Source: Macrostomum lignano
Lineage: Eukaryota
Assembly: GCA_002269645.1 (NCBI GenBank)
Contig: NIVC01000019.1
Location: 124,001-188,000, forward strand
Direction of reading: 5' to 3'
DNA length: 64,000 nt
The position numbers and the translations under genes are program-made. A model generated the notes under the pieces. That model was not told the origin of the DNA, ran no database searches, and was given only the letters and a program-made list of their open reading frames with translations. Numbering within the stretch: position 1 is the first letter of the stretch; each line of letters starts with the position of its first letter. Shown in pieces: positions 23,659 to 35,808 of this stretch.

Positions 23659-25348
23659 TTAGTGCAAACTTTTCCAATTAACAATATCGGAAAAGCCGTT
23701 CTCATAGAAAACAGAAATGAAATCTTCATCCTCTAGACAGCAAATGTCAACAACGCCAGCCGCTCTTGAACTAAATCGAGGCGCACTGAGTTCTATTTCG
23801 CGACGGCCAGTAGATGGAGCGTTTGTATCAGACGATATGCTGATCAGCTTGCTTGAATCACCAGCTGACACCGACACTATTACTCGACCACGCTGAGCAA
23901 ATATGCTTGGAACGCAGCGACTATTGAAGTCGGTCCAGAGATTTCCAAAAGGAATAAGCGAAGCAGTTGTGGTGCTAACAATAATCTTATACAAAACAAT
24001 CTTAAACACGTTAGCAGTAGACACTCTGTCGAGTACCACAAGCAACCGCTTTTGTTGATCGAAAGACAATCGAACAGGTGAAATCAGCTTCAAAGACTCC
24101 TTTGACAGAGAGGCTTTGCATTGTTTGCTTCTCGTAAGTGATACAAGATAGATTCCAAACTTTGATGAAGCGATAGCTACAACTTCGCCTGCCTCAACAG
24201 CATCGTCTGGTGGTAGCAGACTATGCCTGAAAGTGGGGGTAAAAAAGGAAAATACGGGTATTACAGATTTATCACAAAAAATCGAGCTATGAGTACAATA
24301 AATTCAAATAACTGAATCGAAACGCGTTGAAGTTGCGGCAATCTACTCACTGCACACTGAAATTCGGCCCCACAATTAAACTGGCGACGCCGTCAAGCTG
24401 GGCAAGGATAACTTTGCTGTGACGCTGGTCGGCAATAATAAGGCAGTTATTTTTGCGGCACGGGCGAACAACGTGAGGTATGAAAGATAGCGATTTTCCA
24501 TCGATCGTCGATAGAGAAATCTCATACTTGAAATCAGAAACTGGTTGAGCGGGAGCAGACGCACAGCTGCTGCCGTCGGAGCGTCGTTGAAACACTTTAC
24601 GACGAACCGGATCGACGCAAATGTAATTGCCCCAAAAGAATGTCGCTGATGCTAGACTTGACAAACCAACTAATTGTAATTGGCGAACAGGTGAATTGGA
24701 AGCGATGGCAGCGGCATTGCTATCTTCACTAGCTACACTAACTGAATCTTTGAGTGATGCTGAAGACTTTGGAGGTAACTCATGTGGAACAAATTTTTTC
24801 TGACTAATCATCGTCCAAACTATGGCCTCATTAGATTCTTCACTGCTTGTTTGTTGATCCACCATTGTAGTTGCTATCTCATTTGTCACCGGACTTGCTG
24901 CGACCCACTCTAGACACTTGTCAAAACTTTGTAGCTCATGCCCTTCCCAGCTAATGCTTAGCGACTGCAGAAGATCGTTAATCTTGGAATTTACTTCACT
25001 AGAATTCCAGTAGCCCTTCTGAATCGCAGGCTTGTCACTGCCAACAACAGCGTCCAAGTCGGCCTCAACACGGCACAGCTCATCGATAGGCCAGTTGGAT
25101 TTCTCTGCCACAGAAGCCTCCCAAACGACCTCCTGCAGTTGAAGTCTCTTTTGACGCCAGTCAGTCAGCTCCCGAGCTGCCACAGCGCGCCTCCGCTCGA
25201 GGGCGACAGACAGGCGTTTAAAGTAATTGCAAGGAGGTGCCGGCTCGGTTCCCATTCTCTGGAGCAGCTGCGAAGCTCTTTCTGCCTTAGAGCGAACCGA
25301 GTCGACCAGTTCGCTTTTAGTAGAACAACCAGAATTGTTGGATGACAT
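23659..25348 (-). CDS. Array gene 8: coiled-coil + linker + divergent propeller (521 aa); exons 25348-24351 and 24226-23659
   Basis: Phase-2 intron 24227-24350 (CA|GTGAGT...actttcag) joins GPNFSV-Q-HSLLPPDDAVEAG; 998+568 nt closes the frame. Confidence 0.85.
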
Positions 25349-26023
25349 TTGTTAGACGGAGCCATGCAAATCATTAAAAGTCATACTGCAAGATTCATAG
25401 GCCAGAACTTATAAGTTGACTACAAAATTCGTATGCTATATGTAAATAACTAGCTGCTAAAATAGTCATTAAAGCATTACAAAAATATTTCAAATATACC
25501 GATTAGGGAACTAAATATTCTTACTCATGCAAAAAAGAAATGATTCAATCAAAGTCTACGTTCCTATTTGAAAGCGTGAAAATTTGAAATGATTATTAAT
25601 TTATTGATTTTGTAAATCAGAAAGTGACTTTGTAGCCCGTTGCAACTAAGCCGCCGATATACGAGGTAAACTATACATGTACATTATTTAGAACTGGAGA
25701 ATGTTTGAATCAGGAAAGTTCATAAACAATCTGTAAAAAAAAACTTATTACGTTGCACTTAGTTCCGTGCAAATCTATATGGAAGGGAAAGAAAATTCAA
25801 AAGTGAAACTATAAAAAGACATTAATTGAATTCAGTAGTGTTCAAATAAAATGACTACCTAGTGCTAATAGCAAACACCTTTGAATCAATCTGCTAATGA
25901 ATAGCGGAATGAACAGATCTTCGTAACGAGTAAAACGTCAGCTTTAGGGTATATATATATGTGTTTATTGTACGTATAGAAAGACAAAATTTGATTAGTG
26001 CATCAGAACACTGCGCCACCTGC

Positions 26024-26449
26024 CTACTTGCCAGCCGGTGCTTCCCACTGAATCCTTAATGATTCAATTAAATCGGCCGTTTTACGGTCAACATCGCTAG
26101 CATTCCAGAAGCCTAGAATTCTAACAGCATTCCTGTCGCTGTCAATGGCAGCATCCAGTTCGGCTTCAATGCGGCACAGCTCAGCGACAGACAGACTTGA
26201 CAAATTGGCAGAGGAAGCTTCTTGCACAGCTTTCTGCAGTTGCGACTGCCTCCGGCGCCAGTCTGCCAACTCCTGCTCAATCGCGGCGCGTCTCCGCTCC
26301 AGAGCTATCGACAGGCACTCAAACAAGTCACTAGGTAGGGCTGGCTCAGGTCCTATTGACTCCAATAACTGTGACGCCTTTGAAGCCTGCGACCGAACAG
26401 ACTCTAACAGTTCTTCGTTGGTTGAACCGCCAATGAATTCTGATGACAT
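26024..26449 (-). CDS. Array gene 9: isolated coiled-coil module only (141 aa; truncated paralog or alternative first exon)
   Basis: Homologous to the N-termini of genes 8, 10 and 11 (ESVRSQASKASQLLESIGPEP...LERRRAA...CRIEAELD...WN). Preceded by acceptor ttttttcag; no propeller sequence before gene 8. Confidence 0.65.
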   Translation of the reverse strand: MSSEFIGGSTNEELLESVRSQASKASQLLESIGPEPALPSDLFECLSIALERRRAAIEQELADWRRRQSQLQKAVQEASSANLSSLSVAELCRIEAELDAAIDSDRNAVRILGFWNASDVDRKTADLIESLRIQWEAPAGK

Positions 26450-28466
26450 CGGATTGGCTAGCTGAAAAAAATTGAAAAAATTATTTAACCATGTTTTTGA
26501 ACGAACATTTATGTATACTCAGCAACATTGAAAGTCGCCAGTCTATGCGCCAGTGAGCGATTTCTCTTGAAGTATACTGAGATAAAATATACGAGAAAAC
26601 TGATCGGGATAGCTTTAATCCGTCCAACCCTCGCACACCGCACCCCCACTTCATTCCACAACTCAAGTCTGCCGCGGCGTAGCTGAGTTGCGTCACTCGC
26701 AAAGATTAAGAGACTTTACCTGCACTCTCTCAAAGTGGCGACCACAGACGGAATCTTCTGTGATGGCGACTTTTTTATGTTGCTGAGTATAAATGTAACA
26801 AATAGTTAAAAGTAACTACGTTTATTTTGTATATTCAAGTCAGAACATTTCTCAACATGGTGTAAACTCGTAATTTAAGACAATTATAAATAACCCCAGC
26901 TAAAAGTACATAACTCCACACCGAGTTATTTATTTATCTGCACATCAATATTATTATGCTCAACTAACTTAAAAACTGAAATTTTAAGACGAAAAAGCAA
27001 AACAATTAAAAACAATTGGGTTCTCTATTGGATACAGAAGTACGAGCGTAACGTTAGTTGTAAATTACATGACATAGCCCGGACTTCGGTCTGTAAACAG
27101 AAATAACCACAAGAATCCGAGGAATACATGGAATAATCACATATTGGATAGGTATATTTTTAATTAAAAAATAGTATTTAAATATAAAATATTATATAAT
27201 GGAACTTTCTGCTGAAAACAAATCGATTTCGACAAAAAATTAGGAAAGCGCTCTCACCAGTAGGAAAATTTGCGTCCTGGAATACAGGAGAAAGAGAAAA
27301 CTTTACATAAATGGAGATAATCAACATGTTTTCAATGCCGATGCATTTCGTCCACAATGGACATCGTCGGGGCTTACTAAATTTATTAAACGAAGTGAAA
27401 GTTTTTGCTCTTTTATATTGACTTGAACAATAGAAATATTTGACAGGAGTAAAAATTAAGTACAAAACAGGGTACACAAGTTTGGGTGAAAGGCGTGGTA
27501 CATATCAAAACAGTCCAGACCGGTTATTGAGCGAGCTAAAGAAGTTGAGGTTGACGGCTAGCACCCACCATGGCAAGCTGACTAACAAAAACTTCACACT
27601 TTATATCAGCGCCTATTTTAATTGAAGTATAACAATTATGCGGTTGTATATTTAAAAATAAAATAATGTGTAAAATAAAAATGACCAAAAATGATTAAAA
27701 CTTATAGTCTAACCAAAATATTTGATTTACGAGTAAACACGCGCTGACAAATGTGCAAAGAAATTTTCCACCTGTGTTGGATCGCCACTTTTGCTCTTGC
27801 ACCCAGACCAATCCTTCCAGTCTGCCCCACCCATCCAGTTTTCGCAATCAGTGCGTACGCTGATCACACCACCTCGCACCTCACCCTACCGTACCGTACA
27901 TTTGCACTTAAATTATTTAATATTCATATAGGTCAACTAAACAGTTGAACTGATAGCTTGTAAATCCTGTTTTTCCCTGCTTCTCCCTCCGGCACGGGAC
28001 TGGAGCTCTGAATGGGGACCTGGTACCACAGCTTTTTCTTCTAGTACTCGCATGTAATTTATAAAAACAAATTAAAAAGAATAGGAAAAAAATTGTTTCA
28101 GTTTTCTTCTCGTACATAAGATGTTGGGAACCACAACATTCTAGAAAATAATTTCATTATTCAGTCTAATGATTGAATAATGATAATTATTCAATCTAAT
28201 GAATAATTGATCTAATGATTTACATGTATTGCAAAAACGACAGAAGACTTCAATCAAAGCGTAAAATGTTGAAGTAGCTCGTATATACAGAATATTTAAA
28301 TATTGAAAAACACGAACATACATTTAAGTGTCCATAGCTTCCAGGGACATGTCCTGGTAGAGATCTGCGTCTAGACACTTTGATATAGGAAAGTAATCAA
28401 GGTGCGTCGAAGGGTCTACAGACTAAACAATAATAAGCTTCCAGATTGTCAGATCTTGTCATCTTT

Positions 28467-29927
28467 TCAGATTGGACGATGGATTCTGACAATCGATCCA
28501 TCTTTATTGCACACGATAATCTCGCCATAGTCCTCCGCAATTAATTGAGTAGGATCAAAGAACATGTCCGTTGGATCAGAGGTCCTGCTGACAATCCTAC
28601 ATATTTCGTCTGACATAGCTGTGGCGGAGGTCGGCAACCAACTGATAACTGCCCCAGAATTGGGAGCCCAGCCAATAACAACGACTCGATTGTTAATAAG
28701 CACAACTGGTATAATAAAAGATGCAAGTTCGATATTAGGAGCAGACATTGCAGTCAGCCTATTGCAAGTGTTACGATAACCCTGAATGTGGTATCGATTG
28801 CTAGCCAATCGGTCGACAACCAAGAGGATATTTGACTTGCAGCACCATGCAAGCCGAATTGGAAAGGTTAGTTTTACATCAGAAGTGCACTCGCTGACGT
28901 CCGACGGATTTGTAAGACGCGCAGAATAAATACCAGCTGTCGGACAGCACATAAAAATCTGTTGCCCAGTACTAATGGCGTCATGCAGTTGGCCCTTAGG
29001 AACCCGGACAAAAGTCACCAGATAGCATGAATCGGATGACGACAGTACGCACTGTTGTACGCGTTTATTAAACTGATCAATGATAATCAGATACTTGCTA
29101 ATAGGGCAATAGCGAACACGATGAGGATTACATTTCGCCGGCGATGCGCCTTTATTTATATATCTTAGAGTGCCTTTTCTGGTACCACGAGGGCTAAAAA
29201 GGCTGATCCGCTTTTTACGCGATGTGATTTCAAGAACAATGATTGAATTTGGAATGAAAGCTCCAGAAAAAATATTCCAGCTCGATTTTGATATGAGCCT
29301 AACAGTATTGTAGAGTTGCGCACTACACTCCGGCAATTTAGGGGTGTCAATAAGTGAAACTTCTTGCAACTCTGACTCTTTTTGTGATGATGAATCAATA
29401 CAATCTCTGAAACTAGAGCAAGCTTCCTCCGAGAGGGCATTTTTGGTAAACGATTTTGTTTGAGAAACAACTGGCGAATAGGTTGATTCACTTTCTCTAA
29501 TTTTCGAGTCCGGATTTTTCCTTGGCTCCCAATGAATTCTTAGAGCTGCGATTAATTCGTTTGTTTTAACTTGAACATCAGCTGTGTTCCAGACCCCTCG
29601 TCGAGCTAACTTTCTGTCGCTGTTAATAGCATAAACCAATTCAGCTTCGATATCGCACAGCTCATCGACAGGCAAAGTGCACTGCGGCAATTCATAAGCC
29701 TTTTGCAGAGCGTCGCGCAACTGGAGCCACTTTTGTTGCCATTCCGCTTGCTCTTGAGTCACAGCAGCGCGTCTCCGCTCTAGCGCTACTGAGAGTCGTT
29801 CAAAATAATCGTTTGGAGGACCGGGTTCTTGTCCCATAGATTCCAGCAGCTGCGAGGCTATTAATGCTTTGGAGCGAACTGACTCTTCCAGTTCGCTATA
29901 GGAGCAGCCGGACAGATTCGATGCCAT
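28467..29927 (-). CDS. Array gene 10: intronless coiled-coil + linker + NHL-like propeller (486 aa)
   Basis: Single open frame containing both propeller halves (PHRVRYCP...LIIIDQFNKRVQ and LHDAISTGQQIFMCCP...FPIRLAWC). Confidence 0.88.
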   Translation of the reverse strand: MASNLSGCSYSELEESVRSKALIASQLLESMGQEPGPPNDYFERLSVALERRRAAVTQEQAEWQQKWLQLRDALQKAYELPQCTLPVDELCDIEAELVYAINSDRKLARRGVWNTADVQVKTNELIAALRIHWEPRKNPDSKIRESESTYSPVVSQTKSFTKNALSEEACSSFRDCIDSSSQKESELQEVSLIDTPKLPECSAQLYNTVRLISKSSWNIFSGAFIPNSIIVLEITSRKKRISLFSPRGTRKGTLRYINKGASPAKCNPHRVRYCPISKYLIIIDQFNKRVQQCVLSSSDSCYLVTFVRVPKGQLHDAISTGQQIFMCCPTAGIYSARLTNPSDVSECTSDVKLTFPIRLAWCCKSNILLVVDRLASNRYHIQGYRNTCNRLTAMSAPNIELASFIIPVVLINNRVVVIGWAPNSGAVISWLPTSATAMSDEICRIVSRTSDPTDMFFDPTQLIAEDYGEIIVCNKDGSIVRIHRPI

Positions 29928-31358
29928 TTGGAGCTAAATCATTTTTGGTGCTTTTAACCGCGCTTCTTCTGAAATTGTATGAAAATTAACAGACAAGTTG
30001 TTGCTTCAATCGGTCATGTATAGTTGGTCAAGAGGGTGATGACTGCAATATGGGTGGAACGCTTTCCTATTCCAAGGAACTAAAAAAGTTCAGTTTCCTA
30101 AACTTCTGAAGCCGGAGTCTGTTTGAAAAGAAGATAAACTGGTCCCCAAGCCAAATACAAGTTAAAATCAAGAAATGATGAGGAAAACACAGCTTCTTGA
30201 AGAAAAAGCGAACAATTTATTGATGTTGTTGTCTTAGAGATGATATTATATACAATATTTAGGGCTGCTTCAGACAGAGAATATCAAGACTTGAAAAGTA
30301 TACTCAGCCAAATGCTAGTCCAATACGTTTCGATAGTTCGTCTACAGCTGCTAAAGTAAAACCTTTTCAAGGAACTCTTTTCAGGGAGAACGAAAATCTT
30401 CGAAACAACTAGCTGTACTACTAACAATAATATTTTATTTACAATTCATATTGTACGAGCTCATTAACATACGACTTAGGATAGTGTTTGGTAAAATAAA
30501 TAGAAATTATCAGACAATAGACATAAGGCTATAAAAAATAATATCTAATGTGTAATCTGATCTAATATCTAATATGTACATGTGCACAGTGGCTGGAAAA
30601 ATGATTGGCAACAAAAAATTTTTCCTCAAAGATAAAAAGACAGCATATATAAGAAACCTGATTTGAGCTGGCGAAAAGTTTAAATAACTCGTTACTCCAG
30701 AAAAAAGCAAGTGTATTATCCAAATTGCAAATGGAGGAATTGTGCGAATTACTAATTTAGGCACCAGATTATTAAGAAAATTAAATTTAATTGAAATTTA
30801 AAGCTAATATGTTGACAAATTCAATTCGCGTAAAAGGGAAAAAATCAATGGCATAACGATAAGTCAGAAAAATCTCTTATTGAAGCTCATACCACATAAG
30901 TTCATAAAATTTTCACCAGTGAAAGATTAACAAAACAAACATTAACATAGCATTCCTGCATACCAAAGTACAATAAATAGAATTTCAGAGGGTATCTGCA
31001 GATTCAACAATAACAAATACATATTAATGAATTAGGTTACGTATTGTAACTCCACTTTGCTTTCGATCAACCAGCTTCACAGCAAGTAGGCCATCTTTTC
31101 GAGCAATTGCACATGAGTTTAAAGGAAGAACCAGCTATCGTAGAAAGTTGAATTTAGATAGCAGGAACTGGGCCTGTCAAAACAAAAGAAAACCAACTGG
31201 ACGTGCGTTAGCCAAAAATTAAGATCCAGCTGCTCAGCTTAACCACAATGCGCTTGCTGATATAAAGGTGGTCGTGCTCTAATCTTGTTTTCTGCATCCG
31301 CACTGGGGATTCAAAAGTTCCCCATAAGCCATGTACCCTTATGTTAAAGAAAGCAGAT

Positions 31359-34300
31359 TCATCCATAAAGTGGACGCCGAAAGGCTAAAACGGAGCCTTT
31401 CGCATCGCAAATAATAGCTTCACCAAAGCTGCTCGTCTCCGGTGGAAGCCAGCAAATATCTCTTGGGCTAATGTCTTCAATAGTAGCGCTGCAGTGCTCA
31501 GCAGCTAGATGCATGGCATTAGTGGGAAGCCAACTAATAGTACATGTTGAATCTGAAACCCAAACAAGTACCATTTCGTCAGCTTTAAGCAGGACATTCG
31601 GCGCCACCGATGACTGAATCGTCAATCTGGGAGCCGGGAGTGCCGTCAATTGACAGCAGTCAATCTTAAAGGCTAAAATTCTATACTCCTCAGTCTTTAT
31701 AGAGGTTCGATCAACTACGAGCAGCGTTTCTGACTTGTTACACCAGGCCATTCGCACAGGACAGGACATCTTTAAATCGGTGGAGCATAGCTTAATTTCG
31801 GTAAGGTTATCAAAAATAGCCGTGTAAATGCGACCACCAGGACAGGCAATAATCAGCTGACGGCTTGTACAAATTGCGTCCTCAAAGCCTCCTTTAGGAA
31901 CTTTAAGAGAGTGCAAGAGACGACCCGCAGGATTAACACAAGCAATTTGCTTGTTGGTGGGATGAGAAACTATAATCGACTGTCCAGTGCAGCTAAGTCT
32001 AATGCGGTGAGCAGTGATATCAACGGCTTCACCACTAAGCGTGCACAGACGAATACTTTCTAACTTTTTACCTGTCAAGTTATAAACACTGAAGCAACCC
32101 CGGCCAGATCCTTCTGAAACGTAAATTCGATCGGAAAGAACAGCTGCAGACTTCGGCTTCGAAACTTTAAATAGTTGTAAAACATTCTGCGCGTGTGAAG
32201 CAACCTGTTCAGTTGGACCTTTTCCAGCAAATCTTTCGCTATTTATGCGAGAATTGCTGTGTAAAGTTGAGTCGCTGTGATTTTTACAGGCGGTTAGAGC
32301 TTTCACAGTGTGAGATGCGTTGTCAGTCTTCGGCATGGGACATCCTTTGATCAGCGTTTCCGAAACAACTTCTGTAAAAAAATCATTGGCAAGGCGAACT
32401 ACGTCGACTGAAACATCTAAGGTGTGCAGTTCTGCATCACCTGTAAGTAGCGAAGACGCACCCATGCCAACAGCATGTTCATCCTCTCTGCTCATTACTC
32501 CTTCTGCTTCCGTCCTATCAGTTGGAGCTCTATCCGCAGCGATGCCCTCGGTTGGCTCACATTCATATTGAGTAAGATTCGCTGCAGAATCAGATTTCGC
32601 AGATTGATGCTGCAGGCTGCTGCAAAAAATCAGGGTTTGAAGAAAGAATTGCATTTTAGTATACAACTTACGATCTTAACGATCTCGAACTTTAATTTTC
32701 ACTTAAAAATGAAAGATATAAAAAGAAAAAAATAAGAGCTTACCTGTAAGAAATAACTATAACGTAGCCTGAGTTCTTACAAACAGCAAACGTGCCCTTT
32801 TCTGTAGGCACCCAATTCATGTCGATAGGAAACGACTCTATTCCAGTTTTACAGCTTTCCAGTTCGAGCAAATCGTATTGAGCGGACATCGAGTCTGAGT
32901 TAGATGCTAACCAACTAAAAACTGCCGTAGTACCATTAAGTCTTCCAATTACAAGTTCACTGTCATTCATGATAGCGCTGGGAATCACCGATGAGTCAAT
33001 AGCCAAACTTGGAAAATCCAATAATTTTAAACCCTGATCACATAGCTGAAATGCTCGAATTCGATAACTGTCAGAGTTAGTTTCGTTAACGTCGACAACA
33101 AGCAAGGTTACAGAATTGCTGCACCATGCTAGTCTCACTGGAAGCAATGGCTCTGGAACGCCAAGAATATCGAGCTGGGATAGTTGCTCAACATTATCTA
33201 AAGAGGAAATGAATATGCCACTTGATGGAAAGCATGCAATTATATGCTGGCCTGTGCTAATCGCATCTTGTAAGCCAGAATGCGTATTTATAATAGCATC
33301 GACTATTCCATTAGGTCTGGCGCACACAATTCTATCATTGCTCTGGTCGATAAGGATAATCCATTGCTTAGCTTGACATGAGCGAAGGATACTTGGAACG
33401 CAGGCTACTTGGCGGTCATCGTGTCTTTTAAGGACAAATGCCCCGCGTGCGAAACCAGAACTCGTATACACATTAATTGGACGAGACGATGTCGATCCCA
33501 AAACATAAAACTGCTTCTTCAAGTACGTCACGGAGATGGGATTCATAAAAGTACGAAACTTCCGCACAGATATAGATCGAGAGTTAGTAAAGTCCGAATG
33601 GTTGGAAGAGAATCCATCATCGTGAGTATCAAACAGTTTAGAAGATTTAACAATGTTTCGATCTTCATAACTGCTTTGTTGGTTATAGAAAAATTGCGAC
33701 GCTCCAGCTTCAGTGTCAGTGAACAAGCTTCCAGAAATCTCCGAGCAAGTAATGGCGGAGAAAGGTTCTGACCATTCAAGCCCCTGATCCCTGGAACATA
33801 CAGACGCGGATTGCTCACAAGTAATGGATACATCTGTGTCTGATTTCACAGAAGCTTGATATTCCAAAGATTCTGCATCAACCAGCTCAGTTTCTTTCTC
33901 TGTGCTGCTGTCAGCCATCCTGCTACTGATTGTCGGCTTCTCATCGACACTTTTGAGAGCAGATTCGTCACGTGGAGCTTCCATGCAAGCGATTTCTATG
34001 GTAGCAGCTAAAGTAGGCTGGTCGATTCTTTTCGACAAAGTATAGTCGCTTTGGTCCGATGACGCAGCGGCGAGACGGTCACCTATTTCGCTATTCTCGT
34101 CACGGTTTACAGAAGAATTCGAGTCTTTTTGGTTGTCTCTGGCACGACCCTGAATAGAAGCTGCACATTCAGGGCCTTCTGAGTTTTGACGGGAGGCCGA
34201 CTCTTTGTCAATAATCTCACTAACCTTTACTTCTTCCCAATGAACTGCCAGGGCTAGCAAAAGCTTTTCAATTTTTTCTTCAATATCGATTGTGTTCCAG

Positions 34301-34653
34301 AATCCGCGCATGACACTGCCAGACTCTGTGACAACTTTATTGATAGCGGAAGTTAAATTTGCCTCAGCATGGCACAGCTGGCTGACAGTGGTGCAGGTGG
34401 ACTGTTTAGCCTCGGAGGCTTCGGAAACTGCTCTCTGCAATCGCTGGCGTCTCTGCGCCCAGTCCGCCAGCTCTCGGTGGATAAGCGCACGTCTACGCGC
34501 AAGGGCAAGCGACAGCTGGTCAAAAAGTTCGCTAGGCGACGCGAGCTCTGGCCCCATCGATTCCAGCAGTAACTTCCCCATGTCCAACTTGCGTTGAATG
34601 TCCAGCTGTAGCGCTTGCAGCGCGTCGCTGTTTGGATTGTTAGAGTCGAACAT
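31359..34653 (-). CDS. Array gene 11: coiled-coil + linker + propeller + linker + propeller (~1056 aa); exons 34653 (or 34710)-32744 and 32619-31359
   Basis: The apparent stop of the ORF at 32740..34710 overlaps a perfect donor AG|GTAAGC (32743). Acceptor attttttgcag at 32620 resumes the 31359..32666 ORF in the matching phase 2, giving a 124-nt intron. Confidence 0.75.
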
Positions 34654-35808
34654 GAAGAATATCAACAAGCTACTCGTTTTATTGAATAGTGAGAATAAAT
34701 CACGCATCATATCAATATCATAGAGCTCTTACACCATTTGGCAAAATAGTCTTTATGACAGTGGCTACCAAACTGAATGCTAAGGTCCTGCCCTTAGATA
34801 TTGGTGGCGTCAAATACGATAATCTGGGGCTTAAAAATCAACTATAAAGCTGTAGTAGCGTAAGTCCGATCGTACGTCGGAACTTTTACACTGCGGAGAT
34901 AGAAGCTAAGAACGATCTTATCTTACGATGGCTTTATAGAACGCGCCCAAGTCTTTTTCTATACAATGAACCCAATTTCTAACCAGTTTTCAATGCAATC
35001 CTAGAAATACGTTTTCTAATATGATAACTACGCCCGTACCGACTTACTTTGGTCTCTTCGAAAAAAAACTAAAGCTCTAGATAATGTTTTAAATGCTTTT
35101 AATAAATTAAAAAGCTGAAAGACAGGCTAAGAATTACCAAAAAGCGCAAGGCAAGCACAACGGAAACAACACAGTTGAAAACACTGGCAGTGTTTCATTT
35201 TACTTTTGCTATTTAATAGGCAGCTAATCAACACGGAGAGCGAGGCTTAGAGAATGCAACTTTAATCACCAACTGAGAAAAGCATTGTTAAATAAAGATA
35301 AAAAATAATTGAACAGTGATTTAAAAATACGAAGCACATCTACGAAAACAAATAGGTTTGAAAGGAACGGGTGTCTTTATTTAAATATATAGAAATAGTA
35401 TCGGCCGCACAAAACGAACAAACAAAGTACATACATATATATATACTTTTTTATTTAGCCCATACATTTGAAACGCAGACTTTTTGATTAAATCTTTCTA
35501 TCAATTTATTAGACTGAAGTTACGAGCCAGCCAATATAAATTAAGTTAATGAAATTTGAAATAAACAATTAACAAACATTGAACGAAAACAGTCGAGACT
35601 TTTAGCCGATGATTTCGATGATCGCTACCAAAAATGGAAGACAGAATACTTAAAGTAATTATTATACGGCTTTAAGGCTATAGATAGATAAATGCTAATC
35701 AAAGCACTAGTGACCAACAGCTCAAGGGAAAACCTCAGAATCTGATCTGGAGCAGTCAGCAAAGTCATTCAACGGGCACACATAACCATATGGTAAATCC
35801 TCGTGTAC

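Noticed and set aside
32620-32666. Signal-peptide-like start (MQFFLQTLIFCS) of ORF 31359..32666, suggesting a secreted protein
   Set aside because: This stretch is the polypyrimidine tract and acceptor of the 124-nt intron.
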